Positions 26,749-35,150 of a stretch of 46,604 nt of DNA are shown piece after piece (within the stretch, counting starts at the first letter, position 1; each line of letters begins with the position of its first letter). The notes beneath the pieces are model-generated. The model saw only the letters and a program-made list of their open reading frames with translations. It was not told the origin of the DNA and searched no databases. The DNA is from Escherichia phage vB_EcoS-UDF157lw. The position numbers were made by a program, and so were the translations under genes. The stretch is taken from the sequence record OQ243221; one strand, 5' to 3'.

Positions 26749-26993
26749 TATTTCCACTCCTTTGAGCCGTGATCTGCAACTGAGCCGCCGTAGCCTCCAC
26801 CAACCTTTGACTCAATGCCAGCATAACGAATATCAACCTCTCCAGCTGCAACAATAACACCACCCTTCCATTTAGCTACGCATACACCAGAGGCCTGAGT
26901 TGCACACCATCCGTCAGGTCGCGGGCCAGAAGAACAACCTACTGTCATGATTACTGCTGCTGCGATGATTGCTGATTTGATGAAGTTAGTCAT
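26748..26993 (-). CDS. Small lipoprotein, Cor-like superinfection-exclusion candidate (81 aa)
   Basis: N-terminal signal peptide with lipobox-like TVGC ([22 protein letters not shown]); location downstream of tail fibre genes as for cor in T1/phi80-type phages. Confidence 0.5.
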   Translation of the reverse strand: MTNFIKSAIIAAAVIMTVGCSSGPRPDGWCATQASGVCVAKWKGGVIVAAGEVDIRYAGIESKVGGGYGGSVADHGSKEWK

Positions 26994-27017
26994 TTTGTAT
27001 TCCTTAGTAAGTATGTT

Positions 27018-27077
27018 TCGTTTCGATGGAGTAACTATAGCAAAGGCTTCTGCTGGAGTCTTTAGCAAATCGTGCTA
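27018..27077 (-). promoter_or_regulatory. Composite promoter-like element on minus strand: TAGCACgatTTGCTAAA, 23 nt, TGcTATAGT, leader CATCGAAACGA
   Basis: Reverse complement of 27018-27077 read directly; drives the lipoprotein operon. Confidence 0.5.
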
Positions 27078-27078
27078 T

Positions 27079-27270
27079 TTGATATACGCGTAACCGATGT
27101 AACTCGATGTATACAATCTCATACGCGGAAAATTGTATACGCTTTTTACGCGAAGATACGCATTAGTTACACTATAGAATCCTTATATAATAAGGGTTTA
27201 GAGTAATTATTATTATTACTATATTTGTTTGTATATAGTGTAACTACTCTCTATGGTTATGTTGGTGTGT
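27079..27270. repeat. AT-rich non-coding block homologous to 45-235, with GATACGC-type iterons and a (TTA)n tract
   Basis: Shared blocks such as atatacgcgta, atccttatata, ttattattattat, gtatatag, ggtt..gtttg with window positions 45-235, same orientation. Confidence 0.6.
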
Positions 27271-27435
27271 TTTTCTAAAAGACTATGTTTGACTTCCTGT
27301 TAAGGAGGAGATGCATATAGATATAGATAGGGTGCAATTGTGGTGGATACATTGGTTACAAGAGTTACAGCCAGTGCTGGTGCGGTTTAGAAGGTAGCGA
27401 ACCGTATTTATGTGCTTTTTACACCGATATACAGA

Positions 27436-27478
27436 TAGCACGAATAATCAAAACTGATTCTTCCTGATTGGTTATAGT
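27436..27478 (+). promoter_or_regulatory. Degenerate composite promoter-like element: TAGCACgaaTAATCAAAA, 22 nt, TATAGT, upstream of Rha-like gene
   Basis: Half-motif conserved (TAGCAC); TATAGT at 27473-27478. Confidence 0.4.
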
Positions 27479-27488
27479 GCACTCACCG

Positions 27489-27512
27489 GCAGCAGTGGTG
27501 CTGCTTTTGATG
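27489..27512 (+). promoter_or_regulatory. Leader hairpin plus U-run (attenuator-like) upstream of Rha-like gene
   Basis: GCAGCA-gtgg-TGCTGC followed by TTTTGATG, between the putative promoter and the start codon. Confidence 0.35.
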
Positions 27513-27578
27513 CAAAAAAATGCACCACAAAATCCGGGAGTGAAAATAATTCAACCCCAAAAACGAGAGATGATAGGT

Positions 27579-28289
27579 ATGAATCTGATTAATATTGATG
27601 AAAACGTAACCATGAGCAGCCTTGAGATTGCTGAATTGACCGGGAAGCGTCACGATAACGTAGTAAGGGATATTAGAGAAATGCTGAATGATAATGAGAT
27701 ATGCTCAGGATTTAGCCAATCTCACTCCTCAAATTTGAGGAGTGAAATTCAAAATGAATCTCGCGGCTCAAATGTGGACCGCCAGATTAAACACCCATTT
27801 GAATCTGAGTACAAAAACTCAAGAGGCCAAACTCAGCCATGCTTCAACTTACCATATCGTGAAACCATGATTTTGATGGTTGGTTACAACAGAAAGGTAG
27901 CCGCAAAGATTGTTGACCGCTGGCTACACCTTGAGCGGGAAAACAAGCTCCTTAAAGAGCACATGAAGAAGATGGTTTCACTTGATGAGGTTAAGGTTTA
28001 CAAAGTTGAGGCGGCATCAGCAAAGGCTGCACAGCACAGAGCTGAGGATAACTATTACGCAATTGAGAAGTTCATGTTTAAGAACATGGATAAGTGCGAA
28101 AATCCTGCAGAACTTGATGAGCAATACTTCGATGTTAAATTCGAGTCAAATCGTTACCATGACTCTCAAGAGTTGGTTTACAAGTACCAGGCTCAGCTTG
28201 AGGTTGCTTGCGAGAAGTTAAAGGCTAAAGATGATCTGATTGCCAATCTGGTGCATAAAGGCGAACCGCTTAAGCTTGGTAAAAAGTAA
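27579..28289 (+). CDS. Rha-family phage regulatory protein (237 aa from ATG 27579)
   Basis: N-terminal motif SSLEIAELTGKRHDNVVRDIREML typical of Rha/antirepressor-type proteins; coiled-coil C-terminus. Track start 27468 spans the leader hairpin and is rejected. Confidence 0.65.
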   Translation: MNLINIDENVTMSSLEIAELTGKRHDNVVRDIREMLNDNEICSGFSQSHSSNLRSEIQNESRGSNVDRQIKHPFESEYKNSRGQTQPCFNLPYRETMILMVGYNRKVAAKIVDRWLHLERENKLLKEHMKKMVSLDEVKVYKVEAASAKAAQHRAEDNYYAIEKFMFKNMDKCENPAELDEQYFDVKFESNRYHDSQELVYKYQAQLEVACEKLKAKDDLIANLVHKGEPLKLGKK

Positions 28290-28322
28290 TCAGTAAACAA
28301 AAACGCTTCCAGTACAGGAAAC

Positions 28323-28364
28323 AAAAATGTTGACTGTACGGTCAATAAAAATGTTGACCGTTAA
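28323..28364 (+). promoter_or_regulatory. Tandem AAAAATGTTGAC repeats with near-palindrome TTGACTGTACGGTCAA (operator-like)
   Basis: Read directly in the 150-bp intergenic region upstream of the 28442 gene. Confidence 0.35.
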
Positions 28365-28441
28365 CTAATAGGCAAAACCAATTGGATAAACTTAGCTACG
28401 GATGTCATAGTTAAACCACATAAACAGAGAGAGATAGAAAA

Positions 28442-28636
28442 ATGGCATACTTCATTATTCAAGAGCGAAATAACCCTATTTTCGGAACATGTTACTACTG
28501 TGTAGATGGCTCAGGTTACACAAGCAATAAATCAGAGGCAGCAAGATTTGAGACAAAGCAGGAAGCTATTGAATACGCCCACGTGACAGATGAGGAGCTT
28601 GGTTCAGTAATGAAGATTATTAAGGTGAAGGAATAA
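28442..28636 (+). CDS. Hypothetical protein (64 aa)
   Basis: ORF with RBS agagagag; upstream of the exonuclease. Confidence 0.5.
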   Translation: MAYFIIQERNNPIFGTCYYCVDGSGYTSNKSEAARFETKQEAIEYAHVTDEELGSVMKIIKVKE

Positions 28637-28639
28637 ATC

Positions 28640-29608
28640 ATGAGCTTCAAGGTTTACACTAGCGACGAGTTAACCAACGAAGCCTACCACAAGGAGTCAG
28701 ACCATGTGTCTGGCTCTGGTCTGGCTCACATCTTCTCAACTTGCCCCGCTGCTTATAAGTTTGCAGAGCATGATGATAGCAATAAGGCGTTAAAGTTCGG
28801 TACATTAGCCCACACGGTTATTCTTGAAAACTATGTATTCGATGCGACTTACTATCGCCAGCCAGCGCAAGAAGAGTTTGAGGATCTGATTACTAGCAAG
28901 ACTGCTTTGGCAACTCGATTGAAGTCGATGGGTATTGCTGGAACATCTGGTAAGGATTATCCAGAATTAATGGAGATTCTGGCGCTGAGCGGTGAATCAC
29001 TTAACGTATGGTGGGATATTCAGCGCTCTAGCGAGGTTAAAGCGAACGGTCGCGAGATTGTATCAGCTAAAGACTTTGACACAGTACATGCGATGCGAGA
29101 GGTGCTGTGCGGCATTCCTGCATACAATGCGATAGTGAACAGTAAAACCGCTCAGCGAGAGTTATCAATCTTCGGTGAGATTAACGAGTGCGGCGTTAAG
29201 GTTCGTCTTGACCATGTCGATGTCGTTGATGATGTAGTTTATATCCGTGACTACAAGACGACTAGCGACGCATCTCCATCTGGATTTGGGAGATTGGCCT
29301 TCAAGCATGGTTACTTGCTAAAAATGGCGCTTCAGCATGATTTGTTTGTTCGCGCCTTTAATGAGAAGCGTCGAGTTGTTGTTCAGCTTCTTTGCCAGGA
29401 AAAGAAAAGCCCATTCCTTCCAATGTGCTACACGATAACAAAAGAGCACTTAAAGGTTGGTAGATTGCAATACATGAGCGCCCTATCCACATACAAGCAA
29501 TGCAAGAAACTTGATATTTGGCCTGGTTACGGATTTGGCGAAACAGAGATGGAACTGCAAGTTCCTGAGTATGAGATGAAGAAGTACGAAGATAGCACGA
29601 ATAGCTAA
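28640..29608 (+). CDS. Recombination exonuclease, PD-(D/E)XK family (RecE/YqaJ/lambda-Exo-like, 322 aa)
   Basis: Motif LDHVDVVDDVVYIRDYKTT (D..D..K-type nuclease core); adjacent to an Erf-family annealase. Confidence 0.65.
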   Translation: MSFKVYTSDELTNEAYHKESDHVSGSGLAHIFSTCPAAYKFAEHDDSNKALKFGTLAHTVILENYVFDATYYRQPAQEEFEDLITSKTALATRLKSMGIAGTSGKDYPELMEILALSGESLNVWWDIQRSSEVKANGREIVSAKDFDTVHAMREVLCGIPAYNAIVNSKTAQRELSIFGEINECGVKVRLDHVDVVDDVVYIRDYKTTSDASPSGFGRLAFKHGYLLKMALQHDLFVRAFNEKRRVVVQLLCQEKKSPFLPMCYTITKEHLKVGRLQYMSALSTYKQCKKLDIWPGYGFGETEMELQVPEYEMKKYEDSTNS

Positions 29609-29635
29609 AACGGTATTAAATCGATGGGGTATAGT
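29593..29635 (+). promoter_or_regulatory. Composite promoter-like element variant: TAGCACgaaTAGCTAAA, 20-22 nt, TATAGT, leader CATCGACAACAAAGAGAG
   Basis: Overlaps the exonuclease stop; hairpin CGATGGGGTA-TAG-TTACCTCATCG spans the -10. Confidence 0.45.
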
Positions 29636-29664
29636 TACCTCATCGACAACAAAGAGAGATAGAA

Positions 29665-30312
29665 ATGAAGACTTCAGAGAGTAACAAAACAGTTTTACAG
29701 GCACTATTTAAAGCTCGCACAGGATTTGCGAAGGCAGCAAGAGACAAGCAGAACAGTCACCTAAAGAATAGATACGCAACACTTGATTCCATGCTGGAGG
29801 CTGTAATCCCAGCACTTGATGATAACGACTTAATGATTATGCAGAGCATGTTAGAAACATCAACTGCTGACAATCTTAACGTAGAGACGACTCTCTATCA
29901 CGTTTCTGGCGAGTGGGTTAGCTTCTTCATGATTATGCCAATCGTTAAGAAAGACCCGCAAGGAGTAGGATCTGCATTTACATACGCTCGGCGTTACTCA
30001 CTAGCGGCGGCTTTGGGAATTAGTCAGTCTGACGATGATGCGCAGATGGCAGTTAAGAGCGTCAAGGACTGGAAGCGCGATATTGAGAAGGCAGAAACTC
30101 GAGAAGAGCTTATCGAAATCTACAAATCATGCAAATCACAAGCTGACACGGCAACGTGGGGTATAGTAGAGAAAGCGATAATAGATAAACAAGCAGAGAT
30201 CAAAATGGCTTCCGCAAGTGGCTTCAACCCAGCTAAGCCAAAGGAAGTTGCTAAAAAAGTTGCAAACGCAACTAATGAAGTAGTAGAATCACAATCAATC
30301 GAGCAGTTCTAA
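29665..30312 (+). CDS. erf: Erf-family single-strand annealing protein (215 aa)
   Basis: Conserved Erf-like stretch LYHVSGEW...FTYARRYSLAAALGISQSDDD; paired with the exonuclease. Confidence 0.8.
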   Translation: MKTSESNKTVLQALFKARTGFAKAARDKQNSHLKNRYATLDSMLEAVIPALDDNDLMIMQSMLETSTADNLNVETTLYHVSGEWVSFFMIMPIVKKDPQGVGSAFTYARRYSLAAALGISQSDDDAQMAVKSVKDWKRDIEKAETREELIEIYKSCKSQADTATWGIVEKAIIDKQAEIKMASASGFNPAKPKEVAKKVANATNEVVESQSIEQF

Positions 30313-30359
30313 ACTAAACGGGGCTTCGGCCCCAAAATCAAACGAGAAGAGAATATAAA

Positions 30360-30782
30360 ATGCATACTTTAACAGGCGTAATTCGTAAGGCTCCTTTCAC
30401 TAAAGATGGTCAGAACGCCAAGGGTAACTGGAAGATGTACGCTATCGAAATGAGCGAATCTTATAAAACACGAGATGGAGAGCGTAAGTATAGTAATTAT
30501 CGAGCTACCTTCTTTGCTAGCGAGGCGCAAATTAGCTGGTATGACGAAGCATTTCAGGAAGGAAAAGTTATCTCTGTGAGCGGCGATTCATTAGCGGTTA
30601 ATGAGCGCGAACATAATGGCAAGACATATATTACGCTTGAGTTGCAGAATCCTCGATTGATGTTTAGTCAGCGAGGAGGTGAATCAGAACAGCAGCAGCA
30701 GCGACAACAAGCTCAACAGCAACAGAGACAGCAGCCGCAGCAACAAAGCCGATTTAGTGATGAAGATGATATTCCGTTTTAA
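30360..30782 (+). CDS. ssb: Single-stranded DNA-binding protein (140 aa)
   Basis: OB-fold-like N-terminal region, Gln-rich linker, acidic tail ending DEDDIPF. Confidence 0.85.
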   Translation: MHTLTGVIRKAPFTKDGQNAKGNWKMYAIEMSESYKTRDGERKYSNYRATFFASEAQISWYDEAFQEGKVISVSGDSLAVNEREHNGKTYITLELQNPRLMFSQRGGESEQQQQRQQAQQQQRQQPQQQSRFSDEDDIPF

Positions 30783-30788
30783 CTCAAA

Positions 30789-30816
30789 AGAAAAAGCCCC
30801 TTTCGGGGCTTTTTTA
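30789..30816. terminator. Bidirectional rho-independent terminator
   Basis: AGCCCC-tttc-GGGGCT flanked by an A-run upstream and a T-run downstream. Confidence 0.7.
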
Positions 30817-31842
30817 TTGTGACGTTACATCACCATTCAAACTCAAAAATACTGATTGTTTTGTCAAATCAACACCACCTTTAAGCGAATAGTATCTTGA
30901 AGCGCAATAATCAGACTCATCTGAATAGCTGCCAACGTAAACACCAAAGCCATATCCAGAGCAAGCTACATCACCAGCGCCTTGACCTGAATACATGGTT
31001 ACATAGTTACCGGCTGTTGTTAGTATAGGTCTGACATCAATATCTATATACTGAGAATCAAATGACCTTCTAACTCTAAATCCAGTATTCAGGTTTAAGA
31101 TGCTCCACCAAACCTTACCAGATACATCAAAACCAAGAGCAATATTGTAAGTACCACCGTTGACCATTCTTGATGAGACTGGCAACACACCTGATAAAAC
31201 TCTTGTTTCACCTGATGCTGATATTAACAATGAGACACTGTGTTCTCCTGATGCCATCACGTTATACTGCAAGTAAAGAGCATTACTACTAACTCCAAAA
31301 CCAGTCCCTATAGCCATAAGGTTAAAGTCTTCAGCAACAGTTATGGTCGGCGATATATTGCATGTAGCGGTGAAACCTAGTGACGGGTCAAATCCAGTGC
31401 ATATAATCTTATCTTTATTTGCCTGTGAAAGCCTTAGCCAATATTGCTGCCCAACTGATGATGCCGCTGCGGCGAATACTGGTGTATTAGAGACCCCATC
31501 AAAAGCTGAAGTGTCGTTTGCTGGCTTAATTCTTGTCTTCCTTTTGTCTATCAGTCCGTTTATCTTCAGGTTTCCTGAATACTCAGCAACATAGTTAGTG
31601 TCCCCTGAGAAATTTGGGCCAAAGTAACCAGATTCAACAACCCCATCGATCACAACATCAGATCTTGAGTCAAGGAATCTGAAGTTGCCAGCGGAAGTTG
31701 GCCTTCCATCGCCATTGTTAGATACATAGTTAAGCCCAACAAAACCATAGATTCTTACAGAGCTATTTGAAAACGAAACGTTATAATCTCTGTAGTTTGA
31801 GTTTATGCTGTTCCTGTTACTATTTAATCCATTAAATACCAC
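30814..31842 (-). CDS. Tailspike/tail fibre C-terminal portion (342 aa ORF; probably the continuation of 31854-33530)
   Basis: No ATG or RBS (GTG in track); reading frame is open 26 codons further upstream and overlaps the end of the 558-aa ORF in another frame; Ser/Gly/Asn-rich beta composition. Confidence 0.5.
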   Translation of the reverse strand: MVFNGLNSNRNSINSNYRDYNVSFSNSSVRIYGFVGLNYVSNNGDGRPTSAGNFRFLDSRSDVVIDGVVESGYFGPNFSGDTNYVAEYSGNLKINGLIDKRKTRIKPANDTSAFDGVSNTPVFAAAASSVGQQYWLRLSQANKDKIICTGFDPSLGFTATCNISPTITVAEDFNLMAIGTGFGVSSNALYLQYNVMASGEHSVSLLISASGETRVLSGVLPVSSRMVNGGTYNIALGFDVSGKVWWSILNLNTGFRVRRSFDSQYIDIDVRPILTTAGNYVTMYSGQGAGDVACSGYGFGVYVGSYSDESDYCASRYYSLKGGVDLTKQSVFLSLNGDVTSQ

Positions 31843-31853
31843 ATTTCTGGAGT

Positions 31854-33530
31854 TTACAATTCTAACACCGTCACCACCGCAATCCTGCGCCCTATAGCTG
31901 ACATGGTGATGTTTTGGCAGTTATCAATCAGGATGCCATAAGCATCATCAAGCTCATTATAAGCCGACCAACCCGACCAAATAAACTTACCGCCAACAAT
32001 CCTACAGTTTCCGGCATTCCTAAGTATTAGACAATTTCTTCCACAGGTGTTTACCTGTATGTTATTCCATGTGAAGTCTGTTGTTTCGTTAATCAATCCG
32101 TCTTTTTTTATGTGCTGAATAAGAACATCATCAAGAACAGGAGAGTAGTTACCAGCAGCAACGAAAATTCCGTAAACATCAAACCCAGCAATGTGAGTGT
32201 TTCTTATCGTTAAGTCCCTTCTAGGGTCAGCACCAGCGTTGAATGGGTAATTGGTTGATAACCCAGTCGGCGTAGGGATGTAAATCCCAGCAGTACCATC
32301 AGTAAACGCCGTGTCTTGCTGGGCTCCAGTGCCGTAAAGAGCAATGCCTTCAATATGAATGAGCGAGCAAGAATCAGATACCTCAATTAAAGAGCCAATT
32401 GATGAACTAAGCTGAGTTATTCTTGATTTGTGCTTGCCAAAACCAATTATAGAGCAAGATTTATTTCTCATTACCAGGTTTGATGCCATGTAGTCGCTAT
32501 CAAGCTTTAATGCCAGCCCAGAGTCTAGGATTTGCTGTATCTGTGTCGTTGAGTCTGATGTCGATGACTTAATAGCTCCAAGTTCGCAAGGCGACAGCTC
32601 CCCGCTACAGATTCTTTCCCAGTAATAACCGGTACTTGATTCAAAAACCAATCCTGAAGATAATCCATATGATAACGATGACTCCGGCTTACAAACAAAG
32701 AACCCACCACCATAACCAAGACCACCAATGTAAGAATCACAATAGACAACCTCTAAGTCATAAATTCTGGCAGAGTTTGTCATTGCTGATACTGATTCAA
32801 ACCTTCTTGTGTAATCCTGTTGAATCCAAAAACCAACTCCAATACCACCTGTAGACTGTGGTGATGAGTTTTGTGGTATGGATTTTGGAACGCTACCAGA
32901 CCAGTAATAAACCGAAACATGATTGTCATTAAAGTAAATTGCAGGCTGAGTTCTTGAGTTTATTTCTCCACCATTTGAGAAATCAACTACAAGAGCAGAT
33001 GACACAGAAGCCGCAGCAGAGCTTGCTATTGTAGCTGAAGAGGAAGCTGAGTTAGCGCTACTTTCAGCTAACTGCCTATCAGAAGATACCTGATCTTTGT
33101 CAGAAGAAACTTGAGCAGCATCAACAGCAACTTGCTGAGATTGCATGTTGACATTATTTACGCTTTGCTGGAAAGAATCAGAATCAAATTGATTAAAAGC
33201 ATCAACTGCCGCTGCAACCTCTGTTTCACGGGACTGATAATAACGAAGTGTCTCAGCAACGTCCTGAGCAAGACCTTGGACAGTAATTCCGTCATGAGCA
33301 AGGATTGAGTACTGAGTCCCAGCTGGCGCAGTAAAACCTTTATCATTGAATACACGAATCTCTGTATCGCTTAAAATCTCAGCGATAGTAACAATGCTTG
33401 TCGGGGTGGTGTTAAAAATCATTGTTGCGCCAACTCGGATTAGCGTTAGTGGTTGCCTCCACGTGGTGCCAACACCAGTTACAGTTCCGTCAGCTGCAAG
33501 CGATGCAGTTCCAGCGTCATAAATTGCCAT
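31854..33530 (-). CDS. Tailspike / side tail fibre N-terminal portion with beta-helix-like repeats (558 aa)
   Basis: GGAGA RBS; N-terminus MAIYDAGTASLAADGTVTGVGTTW; Ser-rich linker; repetitive N/G/I-rich segments consistent with a parallel beta-helix. Confidence 0.6.
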   Translation of the reverse strand: MAIYDAGTASLAADGTVTGVGTTWRQPLTLIRVGATMIFNTTPTSIVTIAEILSDTEIRVFNDKGFTAPAGTQYSILAHDGITVQGLAQDVAETLRYYQSRETEVAAAVDAFNQFDSDSFQQSVNNVNMQSQQVAVDAAQVSSDKDQVSSDRQLAESSANSASSSATIASSAAASVSSALVVDFSNGGEINSRTQPAIYFNDNHVSVYYWSGSVPKSIPQNSSPQSTGGIGVGFWIQQDYTRRFESVSAMTNSARIYDLEVVYCDSYIGGLGYGGGFFVCKPESSLSYGLSSGLVFESSTGYYWERICSGELSPCELGAIKSSTSDSTTQIQQILDSGLALKLDSDYMASNLVMRNKSCSIIGFGKHKSRITQLSSSIGSLIEVSDSCSLIHIEGIALYGTGAQQDTAFTDGTAGIYIPTPTGLSTNYPFNAGADPRRDLTIRNTHIAGFDVYGIFVAAGNYSPVLDDVLIQHIKKDGLINETTDFTWNNIQVNTCGRNCLILRNAGNCRIVGGKFIWSGWSAYNELDDAYGILIDNCQNITMSAIGRRIAVVTVLEL

Positions 33531-33582
33531 GTTATTTCTCCTATTTGATAGATGAAACCTATTGTATCAGATTAAATGCAAT

Positions 33583-33602
33583 AAAAAACCCTCCGAAGAG
33601 GG
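33583..33602 (-). terminator. Rho-independent terminator (minus strand) after primase
   Basis: On the minus strand: CCCTC-ttcg-GAGGG followed by TTTTTT. Confidence 0.6.
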
Positions 33603-33608
33603 TGATTG

Positions 33609-34532
33609 CTATGAATGCTTATCTATCAGATCTTGCGGGTTATATAACCTTCTTTCAAGCCCCATCTTGAAATTGCCACCTTTAGGTATTACGACTTTTA
33701 GACCTCTATCATCAGCAACATAAAGCGACTCCTTTTCATCAGCTAAGCAAGCTATCCTGCACTCTTTATTCCTGAGTTCATAAGCAACCATTTCTAAGTT
33801 GTGGTGAGTTAGGCAGTCGTAAGTTGTCCTTTTTGTGCATGCCGATACATGTAGTGCGTTAATCCAGCCAACAGTGAGGTAGATAGCGCCATCACTACAT
33901 TTACTTACCGGAACAACCGAGCCGCGAGTGTAGTCTTTTGCGAGATATGACTCATTACCCTCTTCATCTATAAACTTTACGTTACAAGGCTCATCTGATA
34001 AACCATCCTCGTAAACCATAAAGCATTGCTCGGCTATAATTTCTTCTCCAGACCCCTTTATTCCTATTTTGTATTCCCGTTCAGTAATAATTGCTTCAAA
34101 TCTCGTAAGCTGTGTCATTTCTACAGACTTGGTGCGAGATATTACCTTCTCGATTGATTCAATGGATGCCTGAGCGCCAAAGTTATATCTCTGAACTCGG
34201 CTCGCTGCTTTGTTTGCCTTCACTATGATTTCGACGGGAGTCAAATTAAGCCAGTCGCCAAGTAAATTTATAGCTTCCGCAAATCTAAGGCCGGAACATT
34301 TCATAACCCATCCTATTCCTGAGTCACTGCCGCACTTAGAGCAAACTGCGGCCCCATTACCTTTTTCGCTTCCTATTTCGTCTGTAAACCTGAATCTGTC
34401 AGTACCAAAGCAATAAGGGCACGGCCCGTGCTTCTTGCTAAGGTGTCTATCATTCCAACCAAGCTCCTTTGCATAAAATGATTTCCACAATCCAGCCATT
34501 TTAGGTATTACTTCATTCTTGTCGTAATTCAT
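33609..34532 (-). CDS. Putative DNA primase (zinc-ribbon type, 307 aa)
   Basis: CPYCFG...CSKCG zinc-binding motif near the N-terminus; acidic motif YVADDRG; located in the replication module. Confidence 0.5.
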   Translation of the reverse strand: MNYDKNEVIPKMAGLWKSFYAKELGWNDRHLSKKHGPCPYCFGTDRFRFTDEIGSEKGNGAAVCSKCGSDSGIGWVMKCSGLRFAEAINLLGDWLNLTPVEIIVKANKAASRVQRYNFGAQASIESIEKVISRTKSVEMTQLTRFEAIITEREYKIGIKGSGEEIIAEQCFMVYEDGLSDEPCNVKFIDEEGNESYLAKDYTRGSVVPVSKCSDGAIYLTVGWINALHVSACTKRTTYDCLTHHNLEMVAYELRNKECRIACLADEKESLYVADDRGLKVVIPKGGNFKMGLERRLYNPQDLIDKHS

Positions 34533-34545
34533 TTTTATTTAATCC

Positions 34546-34578
34546 AATAAAAAGGTTGTACCGATTATGGCACAACCT
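34546..34578 (-). terminator. Rho-independent terminator (minus strand) between HTH gene and primase
   Basis: 8-bp stem AAGGTTGT/ACAACCTT followed by a U-run on the minus strand. Confidence 0.55.
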
Positions 34579-34584
34579 TAATTT

Positions 34585-35058
34585 TTACTCTTTAGCTTTT
34601 CGTGCTTCTTCTCTTTCTTTCTTAACCTTTCGCCATGATTTACGCTGCGGCTTGGTTGCTAACTCAGCTTCTGTAACAACTCGAAGCATCTGACGCTTCT
34701 TGCATCGCAGTGTTAGAGGCTTGCCGTTACCGTCGAACTGTAAATCAGGTCGGCAGAATGTAGCCCTGAACCCCTCTCCAGTTCGCTTATATCGATTATG
34801 CGCAAGCTGTGCGCCGCGAGCTGAAATCATTCCCCGCTTACACCATTCTTCTACAGCCTGGCGCGTAACCTTTAGCTGCTTAGCTAGATTGGCCTTGCTG
34901 CCGTAGAAGTCCAATACAATCTCAAGGCGCGCCCTTAATCCCGCTCTCACTTCATCCTTTAGTACATAGTAACCTGATGGACGCTTACGCGGCTTCTTGT
35001 CTTCTGTGCGAATTGTTCCGTTGTTACCATTAAGAGTACGCTTGTCAATTGAATCCAT
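34585..35058 (-). CDS. Helix-turn-helix DNA-binding protein (Cro/YdaS-like, 157 aa)
   Basis: Motif GSKANLAKQLKVTRQAVEEWCKRGMIS; basic Lys/Arg-rich C-terminus; divergent from the helicase operon. Confidence 0.55.
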   Translation of the reverse strand: MDSIDKRTLNGNNGTIRTEDKKPRKRPSGYYVLKDEVRAGLRARLEIVLDFYGSKANLAKQLKVTRQAVEEWCKRGMISARGAQLAHNRYKRTGEGFRATFCRPDLQFDGNGKPLTLRCKKRQMLRVVTEAELATKPQRKSWRKVKKEREEARKAKE

Positions 35059-35072
35059 TTTCTCACCTCAAT

Positions 35073-35113
35073 AGCACTTTTTGTTAAACATTGGTTTAGA
35101 TGGATGTTATTAT
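35073..35113 (+). promoter_or_regulatory. Composite promoter-like element: TAGCACtttttGTTAAA, 21 nt, TATTAT
   Basis: Lies in the divergent intergenic region; the -10 sits inside the track ORF start, which argues for the downstream ATG 35151. Confidence 0.45.
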
Positions 35114-35150
35114 ATCGCCAATCGAACGAACATTAAAGGCATTTGATATT

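Noticed and set aside
27468-27578. Track start of the Rha-like ORF at 27468 (MVIVHSPAAVV...)
   Set aside because: This extension would translate through the promoter -10 and leader hairpin; ATG 27579 (or 27570) follows the conserved AACGAGAG RBS context.
30320-30333. GGGGC-ttcg-GCCCC hairpin between erf and ssb as an intrinsic terminator
   Set aside because: There is no U-run after the hairpin on the plus strand; at most it is a stabilising or processing hairpin, so it was not called a terminator.
35100-35150. Track start of the helicase at 35100
   Set aside because: The putative -10 (TATTAT) lies inside this extension; ATG 35151 has an AAAGG RBS and is downstream of the promoter element.
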